Shown here piece by piece: positions 1 to 11,099 of a stretch of DNA of 60,457 nucleotides; position 1 is the first letter of the stretch, and each line of letters opens with the position of its first letter. A program made the position numbers and the translations under genes. The stretch is taken from positions 1 through 60,457 of the forward strand of contig JALAGF010005726.1 of NCBI GenBank assembly GCA_030167865.1, written 5' to 3'. A model generated the notes under the pieces. That model ran no database searches. It was not told the DNA's origin and was given only the letters and a program-made list of their open reading frames with translations. This DNA comes from Craspedostauros australis. Its lineage: Eukaryota.

Positions 1-1430
1 GCGAACAGCACCATGTCTTCCTCCTTGACGATCGTCGAATCCAGCAGCTCTGCCAATCCAGACGACGAGCCCTCGATGGATTCCTTCACGATGTCCATGT
101 TGATGGGAGAGGATCGGCGGGATTCGTGAAGCAGGGTCCATGCGATCCCATCCTTGCTTGCGAGGAAGTCCCACGACTCCATGCCACATGGGCAGTTGAT
201 GCCGCTGTGACGCAAGGAGTAATGCGATGGCCTCACCTTGATGCCCGCAGGCAGCTCCAGCGTGACGTAGAATTGGCTCATCCCCTGATCGGTGATGCGG
301 CCGTCGTAAAGGCAGCAGCTGAAGACGTCTGCCGTGTACGGAACGCTGATTTCGTACCCCTCGCTCTCCGGTTCTTGCGCGATTCGATCTTGCTCAATCT
401 CAATCAAGCCATTGCCGTCGTTGTCGTGATTCTCATCACTGCTGCTGTCGGCATCGCGGTCGATGTTATCAGCATGGTGGTTTTGATGTTCGCCATTGTC
501 ATCATCATCATCATGATTGCCATCCTCTTCCACCTCGCTTTCATCGATATCATCAATAATTACAGCGCCGTCATCTCCCTCTGCATCATGATCATGATCA
601 TTGACATCGTCGTCGTGAATGGCAAAGATGTGACCGATGGCATCATTCCTTCGATTCGACGAATTGGCGCGGGAACGCCGACGGTTGCGACGCCGTCTCT
701 GTCTTCGTTGGGATGATACACGAGTAGAGGATGATGGTGGATGCATTCGCGTTCTCTTGCGTCTCGTCTTGGCCTTGAGCTGGCAGAACATCGGGCGGTA
801 TGCAACGAAGTTGGCGCGTGCTTTGTCCGTCCCAGAAATCAGGTCCTGCTCCGACCAATGTCGTGACTCGGATTGTCCCGGATCCGTGGATCGGTAGACG
901 CGCACCAATCCGCGGTGGAAAGGGTTGTTGTAAGCTTCCTCCTTGCCAAAGTTGGTGCCGACATGATGCAAGATCCCTTTGCCGTCGGAGCGGAAGGGGA
1001 ATTCGGTGGTGCTGCAAATGAGCCTTGTGGTGCGAAGCATGTACTGAAGGTGCGCGAGACAGTAAAAGTCGGCCTCCTTCTCCAAGCAATCCCAGAGCTC
1101 CGCTTTGCCAGGCGTGAAAGGCAGCAGCTCCCTCGGAAGCTCGGTTTGCTGATCTCGCAGGAACTGCAGGATGAAAGGGAAGTAGCGAGGATTGCGATCG
1201 ATGAAGAAGGTCGGGATCGCGTTGGGCTTCTGGCATGTTTGGCATTCGGCTTCGTTGCTGCCGCTTGCACCGCAGAGACCGGTCTCGCCAAGCTGCCCTC
1301 CAGGGTGAAAGCCGGATGAGAAACGGGCATCAAAATACGATCCCTTGGCTGTCGTGAGCGTGCAGAGGCTGCAATAGAACGGCGTTCCGCCTACATTCAG
1401 ACAAATGACTTCATCCCCTCGCATGGTCAT
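1..1430 (-). CDS. KCTD/T1-type BTB-domain protein with a HECTD1-like (discoidin/galactose-binding-like) beta-sandwich; 3' end lies beyond the left window edge
   Basis: Not in the ORF track (no stop in window). Manual translation from ATG at 1430 is open to position 3: MTMRGDEVICLNVGGTPFYCSLCTLT..SYFDARFS..FFIDRNPRYFPFILQFLRD..EADFYCL (T1-BTB signature), then DGKGILHHVGTNFGKEEAYNNPFHRGLV and VRPSHYSLRHSG..SWDFLASKDGIAWTLLHE, resembling the HECTD1/At2g30600-type domain. Upstream in-frame stop at 1512-1514. Confidence 0.85.
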   Translation of the reverse strand, partial: MTMRGDEVICLNVGGTPFYCSLCTLTTAKGSYFDARFSSGFHPGGQLGETGLCGASGSNEAECQTCQKPNAIPTFFIDRNPRYFPFILQFLRDQQTELPRELLPFTPGKAELWDCLEKEADFYCLAHLQYMLRTTRLICSTTEFPFRSDGKGILHHVGTNFGKEEAYNNPFHRGLVRVYRSTDPGQSESRHWSEQDLISGTDKARANFVAYRPMFCQLKAKTRRKRTRMHPPSSSTRVSSQRRQRRRRNRRRSRANSSNRRNDAIGHIFAIHDDDVNDHDHDAEGDDGAVIIDDIDESEVEEDGNHDDDDDNGEHQNHHADNIDRDADSSSDENHDNDGNGLIEIEQDRIAQEPESEGYEISVPYTADVFSCCLYDGRITDQGMSQFYVTLELPAGIKVRPSHYSLRHSGINCPCGMESWDFLASKDGIAWTLLHESRRSSPINMDIVKESIEGSSSGLAELLDSTIVKEEDMVLF

Positions 1431-3162
1431 TCGACTTTTGGAGCTTGTGGATTTGTTAGATTGTTGGCTTGTTGGCTTGATCGGTGTGGGTGCAATGATG
1501 GGCGTGCTTTCCTAAACTGGTGGTTGATGTCTTTATCGATGTCTGTGCTTTCTGTTCTTTTGTGTGTGAGTGTATGTACGCGTATGTGTGCGAGTATGTC
1601 TGCGTGTGATGCTTGCATGCGATTGCGCTCTTGAGTTTTGCTTCTTGCTGTGTTTATGGTTCAACAGGCCACGCAGCACTGATGGCTGTGCTCGCACGGT
1701 GCAACGAGCAACCTCTGGCTCAGGTTTCCAGCGGTGCCTGTTGTTGCACCGTCACCACCCATGGTGCCATCGCAGACAACACGAGAAGAACGCCGACAAC
1801 GATGCGGAGATGTGCTGCGCTTTGTTCTGCCTCGATCGTATTGTGATGGACCACAGCGGCAAAAAGTGAGCAAAAGCGGTGTGGACATGTGGGTGTGTTG
1901 GCGCGTCACACAACCACCAAGGTCTGGTTGGAGGATGCAACTGGAGAGGTCGTATTTATGACGAGTTCGTATGACATCTTGTGAACGCGTCGAACGGAAG
2001 GATGGACCAATCGAAAGCACGGAGTTGATTGTCACAACCAATCAAAAGACTGGATGAGAAAGAACTTCAGAAGTATGATTTCGTCTGTGTCTCGCAAACA
2101 AGAAGGAGGTATACCTCGTGTTCGAAACACCCAAATGACCGGACAAGGTAATAAAAAGAAGCGGAAACTTCGATCTCGCAAATTGCGAACCTCGATCGTG
2201 TTTTGTCGCTGTTCACAAACACAGAAAGTGAAGCCAAGAACGGCGCCAAGAGCCAGGCGAGCTTGCGGAGCTGCACACAGATTTGTGATGATACCATTTT
2301 CGGCAGATGATCTAAGGATCCTGGTCCTCATGCTCTGTGGTAGGTTGCACATATAGTACATGACGTACCGCAGCGGTCGACGGATGCAACTAGATATGAT
2401 AGATGATGAGATGGCTTGAAGGAAGGTCATGGATGGATGCGATCTTTGTGTTACTCGATGAGTAACTCGTATAGTACATGCTGGCGAATCGCTCGCAGGA
2501 TGGGCAAGGCATCTGATGTCGACGGATACTGCGGGCTTGGGAGCGCCAACTCTGACTCTTCCACTCGCTCTGTGGCTACGACCTCCAGCGATCCCACTGC
2601 CATCATGACCTGAACTCGAAGGTCAGGGTCAAGCCCAAGCGGAGAAGAGAAGAGAGGAGAAGAAAGTAACACCGTGCAGTGTCGACTTCGATCATGTCCA
2701 CAATGCTTGCAACTACTTGTACGAGTACGTGAGGGCTTGTCTTCCAACAATAGATCCACGCACTGATCAAACAGTGCCCTTCTTTCTTTCTTGTCGGTGG
2801 GCAGCTGTCTCTCTCTCTCTCTGAAGAGCTCGTTTGGTCCACTGTGACGAGTAGCAGCACGGAGAACCTCTGGCGGAGCGGTCACAGCTCTTGCATTGAT
2901 CCCCTTGTGAGGCGGCACAAACCAACACGAGATAAAACAAAGCGTGAGACAAAAGGGAAGAGAACGGAAGATGGATTGGAACCGGTTCATCCTGAAGGCT
3001 TCGGAGCAGTGAGAATAAAATGAATTTGCACACTGACCCAACTTCATGGACGAATCCAGCAGACAGTCCACTTGCACTACTCTGCGAGTGTAGAACATCA
3101 CTGAGGCATCGACGGCCTCTCTGAAGAATCATATAATATTATACCACATTACGAGCATCGCT

Positions 3163-4767
3163 TTAAAACTTATCTGAATTACAAGTAGTTTTGGTCAGGT
3201 ACCGCAGCACACCTTCAAAATATTCCTCTCCAATACGTTCTGCTTGCTCCAGGGCGTTGGTGCCGTATGTGCGGAGCTGATTGGGATGCTCATGGATGCT
3301 GACGCCGTGGCGAAGCAACAGCTCGACCATATCGGGGTCCTTGTTCCACATCGTCGCACAGAGTAAGAAGTTGCCGTTGTAGGCACCTTCACTCGGATTG
3401 GCTCCATGATGCAGCAGCGTCCGCGCAGCCTCAAAGTTGCTTTTTCTACACGCCACATCAAGCGGCGTGCTCAAGTGCGCCAGCGGCCCATGTACGCTTT
3501 GCCCCAAGGAGATCAATTCTTCGATCATGGGCACGCTGTTGTTCTCGCAGGCAATGTGCATGGCGCTGCTAGCACTCCAGCTGGTGCCGCTGCAATCGCC
3601 GCCATTCTCCAGCAGGAGCCTGACCATGCGAATGTCGCCTTTGTGACATGCCGTCTGGACTGCCGTCAGTCCATCATGTCGGCTGTCGTTGATGTTGGCA
3701 TTGTGCAGCAGCAGAATTTCCACAATGTCGCGGCATCTATGCTCAACGGCGTGATACAATGCCGTGCATCCGTCCACATCGCGAGCCTCCACTTCAGCGC
3801 CGCCATCGATGAGAAGCTGCAGGACGCCGGCGAGCTTGTTCTTCATCGCCGCATGGTGCAAGGCCGTCCTGCCGGATTCATCACAGCGGCCTGTGCTGAC
3901 ATCACCGTCCAACAGGCAAGCGACGACGTCAGCGTGCCCCGCTTTGACGGCGTCTCCCAGAGCAGTCGATCCATCTCGCATCACTGCATCCACATCGGCA
4001 CCAGCACCGATGAGCTGCTTCGCGACACTGGCATGGCCGTTGATGCTGGCCACGTATAAAGGTGTGCATCCGCTCTTGTCCTTGATGTTGGCCTTGGCAC
4101 GTGGCTGGGATAGGAAGGTCTCCACCACATCTTCCAATCCTTGGCGAGCTGCCTCAATCAATGCAGTCTTGCCACGTCGCGGCCTTGAACTGACATCAGC
4201 ACCATGTTCCACCAACAGATGCACGATATTGCTGTGACGATGATGGATGGCCAACAGCAAGGGCGTGCGGTATTCCGAGTCGTACAAATTAACATCCGCA
4301 GTGGTCTGCGATGACGATGATGGTGCCAGCAAGCACCGCACAGCTTCCAAATGACCATTTGCGCATGCCACGTGCAATGGTGATTGGCCATGTTCGTTGT
4401 TGGTGACATCGATGTGAGCGTAGCCGCCATGATCCAGCAGAAGTCGAAGGATATCCACATGACCAACCTTGCTGGCAACGTGAAGAAGCGTGGATCCATC
4501 GTCGCTGGTCTGCTCGAAGAGGCTGTCGTTGTTTGATCGATTCTTCTTCTTCTGTTGCTGTTGCTGCTGCTGCTCCAGCAACCGTCTCACTTGATCCGCA
4601 TCACCACGTTGCACCATCTGCATGAGATCGTTCTTGTGGGAAAGGCCGGCGTTGTCGTTGTCATTGTCATTGTCGTTGGCATTGTGGTCGTTGCTCACAG
4701 TGTGAGTGGCTTCCACGTGCTTGCGTACCGCCGCCTTGTTGGTGCGCTGTTTCTTTCTGCGGGGCAT
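3163..4767 (-). CDS. Ankyrin-repeat protein (roughly 11-12 repeats)
   Basis: Repeated T/S-P/A-L-H..A...G motifs (GSTLLHVASKVGH, GQSPLHVACANGH, GCTPLYVASINGH, GRTALHHAA). First plausible ATG at 4767 (MPRRKKQR, NLS-like); the ORF track extends to a non-ATG start at 4962. Confidence 0.9.
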   Translation of the reverse strand: MPRRKKQRTNKAAVRKHVEATHTVSNDHNANDNDNDNDNAGLSHKNDLMQMVQRGDADQVRRLLEQQQQQQQKKKNRSNNDSLFEQTSDDGSTLLHVASKVGHVDILRLLLDHGGYAHIDVTNNEHGQSPLHVACANGHLEAVRCLLAPSSSSQTTADVNLYDSEYRTPLLLAIHHRHSNIVHLLVEHGADVSSRPRRGKTALIEAARQGLEDVVETFLSQPRAKANIKDKSGCTPLYVASINGHASVAKQLIGAGADVDAVMRDGSTALGDAVKAGHADVVACLLDGDVSTGRCDESGRTALHHAAMKNKLAGVLQLLIDGGAEVEARDVDGCTALYHAVEHRCRDIVEILLLHNANINDSRHDGLTAVQTACHKGDIRMVRLLLENGGDCSGTSWSASSAMHIACENNSVPMIEELISLGQSVHGPLAHLSTPLDVACRKSNFEAARTLLHHGANPSEGAYNGNFLLCATMWNKDPDMVELLLRHGVSIHEHPNQLRTYGTNALEQAERIGEEYFEGVLRYLTKTTCNSDKF

Positions 4768-5391
4768 GGTGCTGGTGAAGGGCGAAGGGTGAGGGTGAAG
4801 AGGCAAAGAGCGAGACACTGTGTGATGAAGTATTGGATGAACCACGAGGATTGGAATGGTGATTGTCTCTTGTTTTTGTGAGCTCTCCTGTCTCCTCCTT
4901 GCACATGCATTCTTGTGTGTGTTGGCTTCGTTTCTTTTGGTTTGGTTGTCGGTGGGAAACAACCAACCCCGGTCATTTGGATTTTTCTTTTTGATGTTCG
5001 GTTGGTGGCATCTTTTGAAGACAAGGACGATAAGTCTACAACGAACAATCTAGAGAAATATGTGTCAACACCCCAAAGTCGCGATGACGTCATCGGACAC
5101 ATCATTCTTCGACCGAATTCTGAGATGGCTTGCCGATTTCGCCAACAACAGAGACGGCACGGCTGCAACACTCTCAAGCAGCACCAACTCAACACCTTTG
5201 CTTCCACAATCACATGTACCTGTTGTGCCAACAGTGACTCTGCTCGAAGACCATTGCATGAGCAACTGTGCCAACCCGCACTCCACCATCACGGCACACA
5301 TATCGTGCATGGCAGTGTGAACGCAGCATCAACACTGCACAGTGTCATACGCGTCCCCTACCCACTGATTGGAAGGACCACCGCCACGACG

Positions 5392-6282
5392 ATGATCATG
5401 CGCAAACCGACAAGCACGAAGATGATGAGACGGTTGATTGCGGCTGTCGGCGGAACCAGAAACTCAGGAGCTGGCTGCCGACCAACTCAGGCGAGGACTG
5501 GTGGATGTATCCATGCGGATGCAGGTCGTCATCTTCGCCAACATCCGCGCGAACCTCAACAGCAACGGCAACAGCAACAGCAACATTCTCATCACCAACT
5601 CGTACACTCCAGGGCTTATTCGTGCAGCAACGCCGCATCTACGAGTACGATCACATCAGACCCAACAGACCCGTTGGCAGGCCTCGCCTTTCACAATCCC
5701 ATGCATGCGTCAGCAACCTTCCATCACCGCCGTGGTCGTCATCGTCAACATGCGCAATGCACATCAACGTCAATATCCGCACGATCGTACTTCACCAACG
5801 GCGATCGCATCAAGAAGGACGACCCCTACGCCACGCTGGGCTTATCCTGGGGTGACGGCGCCACTACGGCCGACATCAAGGCCGCCTTCCGTGCCAAGGC
5901 CCGCGAACTGCATCCCGATCTCAACACCACCGACACGCCGCAACAGGCGCAGGCCAAGTTCCAACAGCTGCGCAAAGCTTACGAGACCCTGCTGCAAGGA
6001 ACCGATGGCACGTTGGCGAACGAGGAATGGTACTACGCCACATGGCTGCAGGCCGATCGCATCGCCAACGATCGCACGGACGTAGCGGGAGTGCGACGCA
6101 AACGGCCCATCCAGCCTGTCACGGCGACAGAAAAGTGGGGCGTGGGGCAGCTGGGACATCCCAGCGGACGCGGCATCGCCCAACGTGGCGAATACATCGG
6201 CACGCGCAAACGGCGGTCAACGGTGGGACGCGGCACCTCGAAGTGGGTTGCCAAGCCCGATTTTGTGGAATGGAAAGGATGA
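5392..6282 (+). CDS. J-domain (DnaJ type III) protein, possibly mitochondrion-targeted
   Basis: DPYATLGL..DIKAAFRAKARELHPDLN..AKFQQLRKAYETL with the HPD motif. Arg/Thr-rich, acid-poor N-terminus from ATG 5392 (start uncertain; ORF open from 4915). Confidence 0.85.
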   Translation: MIMRKPTSTKMMRRLIAAVGGTRNSGAGCRPTQARTGGCIHADAGRHLRQHPREPQQQRQQQQQHSHHQLVHSRAYSCSNAASTSTITSDPTDPLAGLAFHNPMHASATFHHRRGRHRQHAQCTSTSISARSYFTNGDRIKKDDPYATLGLSWGDGATTADIKAAFRAKARELHPDLNTTDTPQQAQAKFQQLRKAYETLLQGTDGTLANEEWYYATWLQADRIANDRTDVAGVRRKRPIQPVTATEKWGVGQLGHPSGRGIAQRGEYIGTRKRRSTVGRGTSKWVAKPDFVEWKG

Positions 6283-7435
6283 GCACGACACTACGAGGAC
6301 TAATTGCACTCTCTTGGCATGACCTTGCCGTGATCCGAAGATGCAGATTTCCTTCAGATCGCATGGCTTTCCTTCTCTGTGTTACGAGTATCTACCAGTA
6401 CACTTGATAGATCTTCTTCAACAACTCATGAACGCTGTAATTCCTGAAACGATACACATGGAGCCATTCATATCCACACATTACAATCGCTGCATCATTG
6501 CCTGTTGGTCTGTGGCACCTGGTACGGAATGGAGACCGGCTTCATCGTTCACATCACATCATATCATATCACATGGTGATGTCACAGTATGATACATGCT
6601 ATAATAGATGTTCGCATATGCATGTAATTGGAGGAAGCAGATCGTTCCGCTGCGGTCAAACAAGAACAATGTTGCCTCCCGAGATGCTTGAAGAATGCGA
6701 GGAGATGATGATCCGCGACAATCATTTTTGGCACGATTCGTCAATCGTGGAGGTTTCATGTTTGGAGTGTCTGTAAGCAGCTTTCACCAAAACCGCATGC
6801 AGGATCGAGTCGTTCGACTCATAAATAATGTTGAATCACAATTGGCAATTGATTCACGGACTTCGAACAGTTTTCTGAGATCGCACACGAGGAAGGCAGA
6901 CTTTGGGGGACTGGTGTGGGTCGCGGAAAGAACAATGAGGACAAGCGATTGGTCGCAGAACTCCGCACTACACAACACCAACATGGCGGCTGCTTGCAAA
7001 TCGATCATAATTGCGGCAGCTCGGTGATTGCGATCGCGATCCAACCAGCCAGGTGAGCAGAAGACGAGGACAGTAGGTGAAGATCAGACTTGGCGGGTAC
7101 GTGGTGGCAGACGCATCGGACTTTATGGTACTCGTGCCGTGTTGTGATCACCTCGATTGTGGTTGTTTCGTTTCTCGCCGCACATCAAGTCAAAACGTTC
7201 CGTTTGCAGCTACAGTCTTCTACACGCACCTGTCGATATTCTGCGCTCGAGTATAGTATTGCTACAACTTACACCTCTTGTGTTCTTCGTCGGAGCGCTT
7301 TGATTTGCTATGCGCAGAAACAGCAGATACCTTGACTGGCGGCGCGTCTCACACGCTCGATAGGCCAACACGCTGGGACTCATCGGTCGAAGCGAGTCAC
7401 CAACCAACGGGCTCGCGGGAGTTGGTCACGCCACG

Positions 7436-9052
7436 ATGCCGAATATCAGGGTGCATCATCTCCTGGATGCCGCCAAGACAGGCAACTTGGAAGTGCTCCA
7501 GAAATGGAAAGAGCTCAATCCTGATGCTGATATCAACAACTGCCGACGCGGCAAGGATGGCACTCTGCTACATTGGGCTTCCGAAAAGTGCCAATATGAC
7601 TGCGTGGTCTACCTCGTCGAGGCATGCGGTGCCACCGTCAACGTCCAAAACAATCGAGGATACACTCCCCTTCGCAACGCCTGCGCGCACGGCGATCTGC
7701 GCTGTGCGAAGTTCCTGATTGAGTCCTGCAATGCCGACGTCAACATTCGGGATCTGATTGGGTACACTCCCCTACATTGGGCATGTGCTGGCGGCCATGT
7801 GGACTGTGCGAAGTGCTTGATCGAGCTAGGCAAAGCCGACATCACCATCCAGAGTGATGGGAAGCAAACAGCCCTCGACCTTGCAGAAGAAAGCGAGCAT
7901 ACGAACATTGTCGAGCTCTTCGCAACTCGTTCCAGCCATGATCACTCCAAAACTACGAGTAGTCCACACGAAGATGAACGCCAGCATCAGCAACAGGATG
8001 AGTGCCAACAACAGGAACAAGACGAATGCCAAGAGGACGAACCCCAGCAGGACGGATACCATGATCAGGAACAAGACGAATGTCAAGAGGATGAATCCCA
8101 ACAGGGCGAATACCAAGATCAGGAGCAGGAGCAGGAGCAGAAGAACGACGACCACCACCCACACCAGGAGCAGCACGGATGCAAACAAGAACACTGCCAT
8201 CACCCCAGCCAACAGCAACAACAACGGCAACAACAACAACAACGGCAGCCACGAAGAAAGAGCATTAACTTCAGTCGACTCAGCGCTTTCCAAGACGAAG
8301 CCATGGCAGACATCACCTTCCTGTGTGGACAAGGTGGCAAGCAACAAGTAATCAAGGCCTACAGTGGGATTCTCTTGCTCACCGTACCGTCGATCCAGCA
8401 GCTAATCAGCCCCGGGATCAAGTACCGATCTCCAACCGATCCTTCCTCACCAGGTCTTGCCTCCATCAGCACCAACAAAGAATTCACTCTCGTCCCCCTT
8501 CCTGATTTTGCCCCCAAGCACGTCCGGTATGTCCTGCGATGTATCTACGCAGGTGAGATCTCATTCGTCGACTATTCCAGCGGAAACGACAAGCTCGACA
8601 TGACTCAAAGAGACGATCTGCAGCAGGTCATCCTTGTTGCCACCAAGTTCGGCTTCTGGCGACTCAAGCTGGCCATCGAGGCGGAGATGATGCGGCTGCG
8701 GCATCTCACACCGGGCACGATGATTGAGATGCTGTTCTTCGCTGAGAACCACGACTGCATGATGCTCAAAGACGCGGCGCTGAGGTTGGCGGCGGAGAAT
8801 GCCCACACACTATTTGACCATCCCGAGGCCAGCAGGCTGTTTGCCAGACCTGAGTTGATGGAAGAAATCCGTCTCCTTCGGATCAACGATGACTACAGCG
8901 ACATGTCAGTGATGGATCTGTACGAGGCCTTGGACGAAGAGGAGATTGCGCAATTGCCAGCGTACACGGACCGAGCATCGCTGTTGGTGTTCGTGCGTTC
9001 AGTCAAGTCAGGAAGAGCACGGAAGCGACAGAAGCTTGATTACGTCGGTTGA
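7436..9052 (+). CDS. Ankyrin-repeat + BTB/POZ protein (putative Cullin3 substrate adaptor)
   Basis: N-terminal ankyrin repeats (GTLLHWAS, GYTPLRNACAHG, GYTPLHWACAGGH, QTALDLA), Q/E/D-rich linker, then BTB (ADITFLCG..IKAYSGIL..PDFAPKHVRYVLRCIYAGEI..VATKFGFWRLKLAIE) and BACK-like helices (FAENHDCMMLKDAAL); C-terminal RKRQK. Confidence 0.88.
   Translation: MPNIRVHHLLDAAKTGNLEVLQKWKELNPDADINNCRRGKDGTLLHWASEKCQYDCVVYLVEACGATVNVQNNRGYTPLRNACAHGDLRCAKFLIESCNADVNIRDLIGYTPLHWACAGGHVDCAKCLIELGKADITIQSDGKQTALDLAEESEHTNIVELFATRSSHDHSKTTSSPHEDERQHQQQDECQQQEQDECQEDEPQQDGYHDQEQDECQEDESQQGEYQDQEQEQEQKNDDHHPHQEQHGCKQEHCHHPSQQQQQRQQQQQRQPRRKSINFSRLSAFQDEAMADITFLCGQGGKQQVIKAYSGILLLTVPSIQQLISPGIKYRSPTDPSSPGLASISTNKEFTLVPLPDFAPKHVRYVLRCIYAGEISFVDYSSGNDKLDMTQRDDLQQVILVATKFGFWRLKLAIEAEMMRLRHLTPGTMIEMLFFAENHDCMMLKDAALRLAAENAHTLFDHPEASRLFARPELMEEIRLLRINDDYSDMSVMDLYEALDEEEIAQLPAYTDRASLLVFVRSVKSGRARKRQKLDYVG
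8012..8119 (+). repeat. 54-bp coding tandem duplication (2 copies, QEQDECQEDE(P/S)QQ..Y.D) followed by (CAGGAG)3
   Basis: caggaacaagacgaatgccaagaggacgaa at 8012 and caggaacaagacgaatgtcaagaggatgaa at 8066. Confidence 0.85.
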
Positions 9053-9320
9053 ATAGACTGTACCATGCTAATACCTAGACTGTGCTGATGAGATACCCTT
9101 CGCGCCCGTCGGCCTTGTTCCATCCCACGTACGTGTAGTCTACAGCCTGAACCCGGCAACAGGGAGGTATGATTGCGGACGAGAAGTTGGAGTGCACCAC
9201 ACGCAACTGCACTCTGCAGGAGTTTGTTGGCATGAGACGCTGAACCATCCAGTTGAGATGAAAACTAACCATACATATTATGCTATGCATTATAATAAAC
9301 GACATAATGTAACTGCACCT

Positions 9321-11099
9321 CTAAACGCAATTGAATACGTCGCAACAGTTGGTGGGACAGATGACTCCTTTGCCAACGACGTCGCTGTTCTTGGCGCAGT
9401 CGAAGACAAAGGATTCGAGCGGCGATATCGTGGTGCCGATTTCTGGACAGTACTCCCCGGGAAAGACGCCAGTGAACAGATTGTCTTGCAGCAGCAGCGT
9501 CTCTGCGTATTCATCGTTGTTGTATTTGGCGGGCGTTGTTAGAGAGGCGTTGGTAGAGATGAACGGTGGAACGAGATGTGAGATGGGCAAGAGCGGAACA
9601 AGAGACAGATGGAGAGCGCAGGCGAAAACAGCATCACCGCAGAAATGACGATAGCACAGCATGGGATGTGACTTACGCAAAGAGCTCTCGCGCAGGAAGG
9701 TGTTGGGAATATCGCCGAAGAACTGGTTGGACTGCAGATCGAGGATGACGAGATCGGGCAGGTTACCAAAGATCAGGCCGTTCGGAATGATCTGCGCGAT
9801 CTGGTTGCGCCGCAGACTGACGGAGGTGAGTGCCGTGAGGAGGGTGAACTCGACCGGCAGGTCGCCCGTACCAGTGAGGCTGTTGCTCGTCCACGCGACA
9901 GCGGAGACGCGGCGCGTGAGGAAGTCGCAGGTGATGCCGTACCAGGTGCAGTGGTCGACGTCGGGCATGAGGAAGTTAGTTTGGTCGATCCACCCCGGAC
10001 CTCCGAGATGGAAGAAGAGGCAGGCCAGGGCGAATCTGTCGATGAGACGGGCGAGGTTGGTTGGTCCGTACGGGTTGTTTGGTTCGTCGTAGTAGTAGTG
10101 TCCAAGCTGCTGCTCATCCAGCGTGAAGAGCCAGGACATGACGATGTCTTGCGGGTAGTTTGAATCCGGATCGGAGGCCGTGGCATTGACCGCTTCGATA
10201 CTTCCGGGCCACAATCCGACGTAGTCGTCGACGTTGAAGGAGAGACCATCCACTATCGGGAATGCGATGTTATCCCTGTTGATCGCAAAGATGATGTCTT
10301 TGAGAAGCGCTGTTTTGAAGGGGCCGGGATCTGTGGGAGACGCCGTGGGTGCCGAGGTAGGTGCCAAGGTGGGGGCAGACGTGGCCACCGGTGGATCTGT
10401 GATGATGATGTTGGTGTCGTTGTCGTTGGCCGTGTCGCCGCTGTCATCATCCGAGCCGCCGACAACCACTCCCACGACGACAGCGACCGCGATGATGATG
10501 ACGCAGAGCACCAGACCCATGACGATCTTGCGATCCGAGGATGACACGGATCCCCATTTTCCGGTTTCCTGGTATTCTTTCATCTCGGCCGTTGGCTCCT
10601 GCTGCTGCTGTTGCTCTGGTGGTTGCTGCTGCTGTTGCTGCTGCTGGTTGGGTTGTTGACGAGTCGCCTGGCTGCTGTTGTTGCCGTTGGCATTGTTGTT
10701 TCTGTGCCTGGACTCCTCCATCTCATCCTCAAAGTTGTCGGACTTGCTTTGGCGCAGCACATTGTCGGAACCAGCCTGCGAAGCACCCGGCGTTCGGGCT
10801 GAGCGCGACTGGTTGGATGCGTATCGTTCCTCCTCCAATTCCAGCTTGGCCTGCATCTTCTGTTCGATCATGATGTCATGGTAGTTGGATTGGTTGGCCC
10901 CGGCCTTGGGGCTTTCAGGAGCAACCATGGGGGATTGCGCCATGGCAGGCAATGGTGGCGGTGCTTCCTCATCGCCGATGTCGGGCATCACTGGGTCGAC
11001 TCGGTTGGGATCGTCGCCCAGGTCGGCATTGATGCCATTGGGGGTGTTGGTCGGTGGGCTGCCGCTGCCCTCGACTTCGGTCTCGTTGATGGGTTCCAT
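9321..11099 (-). CDS. Single-pass membrane protein with plant-type LRR N-cap and leucine-rich repeats; predicted intron 9503-9676
   Basis: TM segment IVMGLVLCVIIIAVAVVVGVVVGG; APT stalk; RFALACLFFHLGGPGW..HCTWYGITC cap; LRRs (LTSVSLRRNQI, LVILDLQSNQFFG). GTAAGT donor at 9676 and CAG acceptor at 9503; splicing restores LQTLLLQDNLFTG. Confidence 0.88.
   Translation of the reverse strand: MEPINETEVEGSGSPPTNTPNGINADLGDDPNRVDPVMPDIGDEEAPPPLPAMAQSPMVAPESPKAGANQSNYHDIMIEQKMQAKLELEEERYASNQSRSARTPGASQAGSDNVLRQSKSDNFEDEMEESRHRNNNANGNNSSQATRQQPNQQQQQQQQPPEQQQQQEPTAEMKEYQETGKWGSVSSSDRKIVMGLVLCVIIIAVAVVVGVVVGGSDDDSGDTANDNDTNIIITDPPVATSAPTLAPTSAPTASPTDPGPFKTALLKDIIFAINRDNIAFPIVDGLSFNVDDYVGLWPGSIEAVNATASDPDSNYPQDIVMSWLFTLDEQQLGHYYYDEPNNPYGPTNLARLIDRFALACLFFHLGGPGWIDQTNFLMPDVDHCTWYGITCDFLTRRVSAVAWTSNSLTGTGDLPVEFTLLTALTSVSLRRNQIAQIIPNGLIFGNLPDLVILDLQSNQFFGDIPNTFLRESSLRKSHPMLCYRHFCGDAVFACALHLSLVPLLPISHLVPPFISTNASLTTPAKYNNDEYAETLLLQDNLFTGVFPGEYCPEIGTTISPLESFVFDCAKNSDVVGKGVICPTNCCDVFNCV

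Noticed and set aside
2451..3101. 216-aa minus-strand ORF with CKHCGHDRSRHC (zinc-knuckle-like)
   Set aside because: Non-ATG start, spans (CT)/(GA) simple repeats, no gag/pol motifs or terminal repeats nearby; cannot support a gene or transposon.
1..9052. BTB and ankyrin genes concentrated in the first 9 kb as a ubiquitin-related cluster
   Set aside because: The genes are not close paralogues and these domains are abundant genome-wide, so chance proximity suffices.
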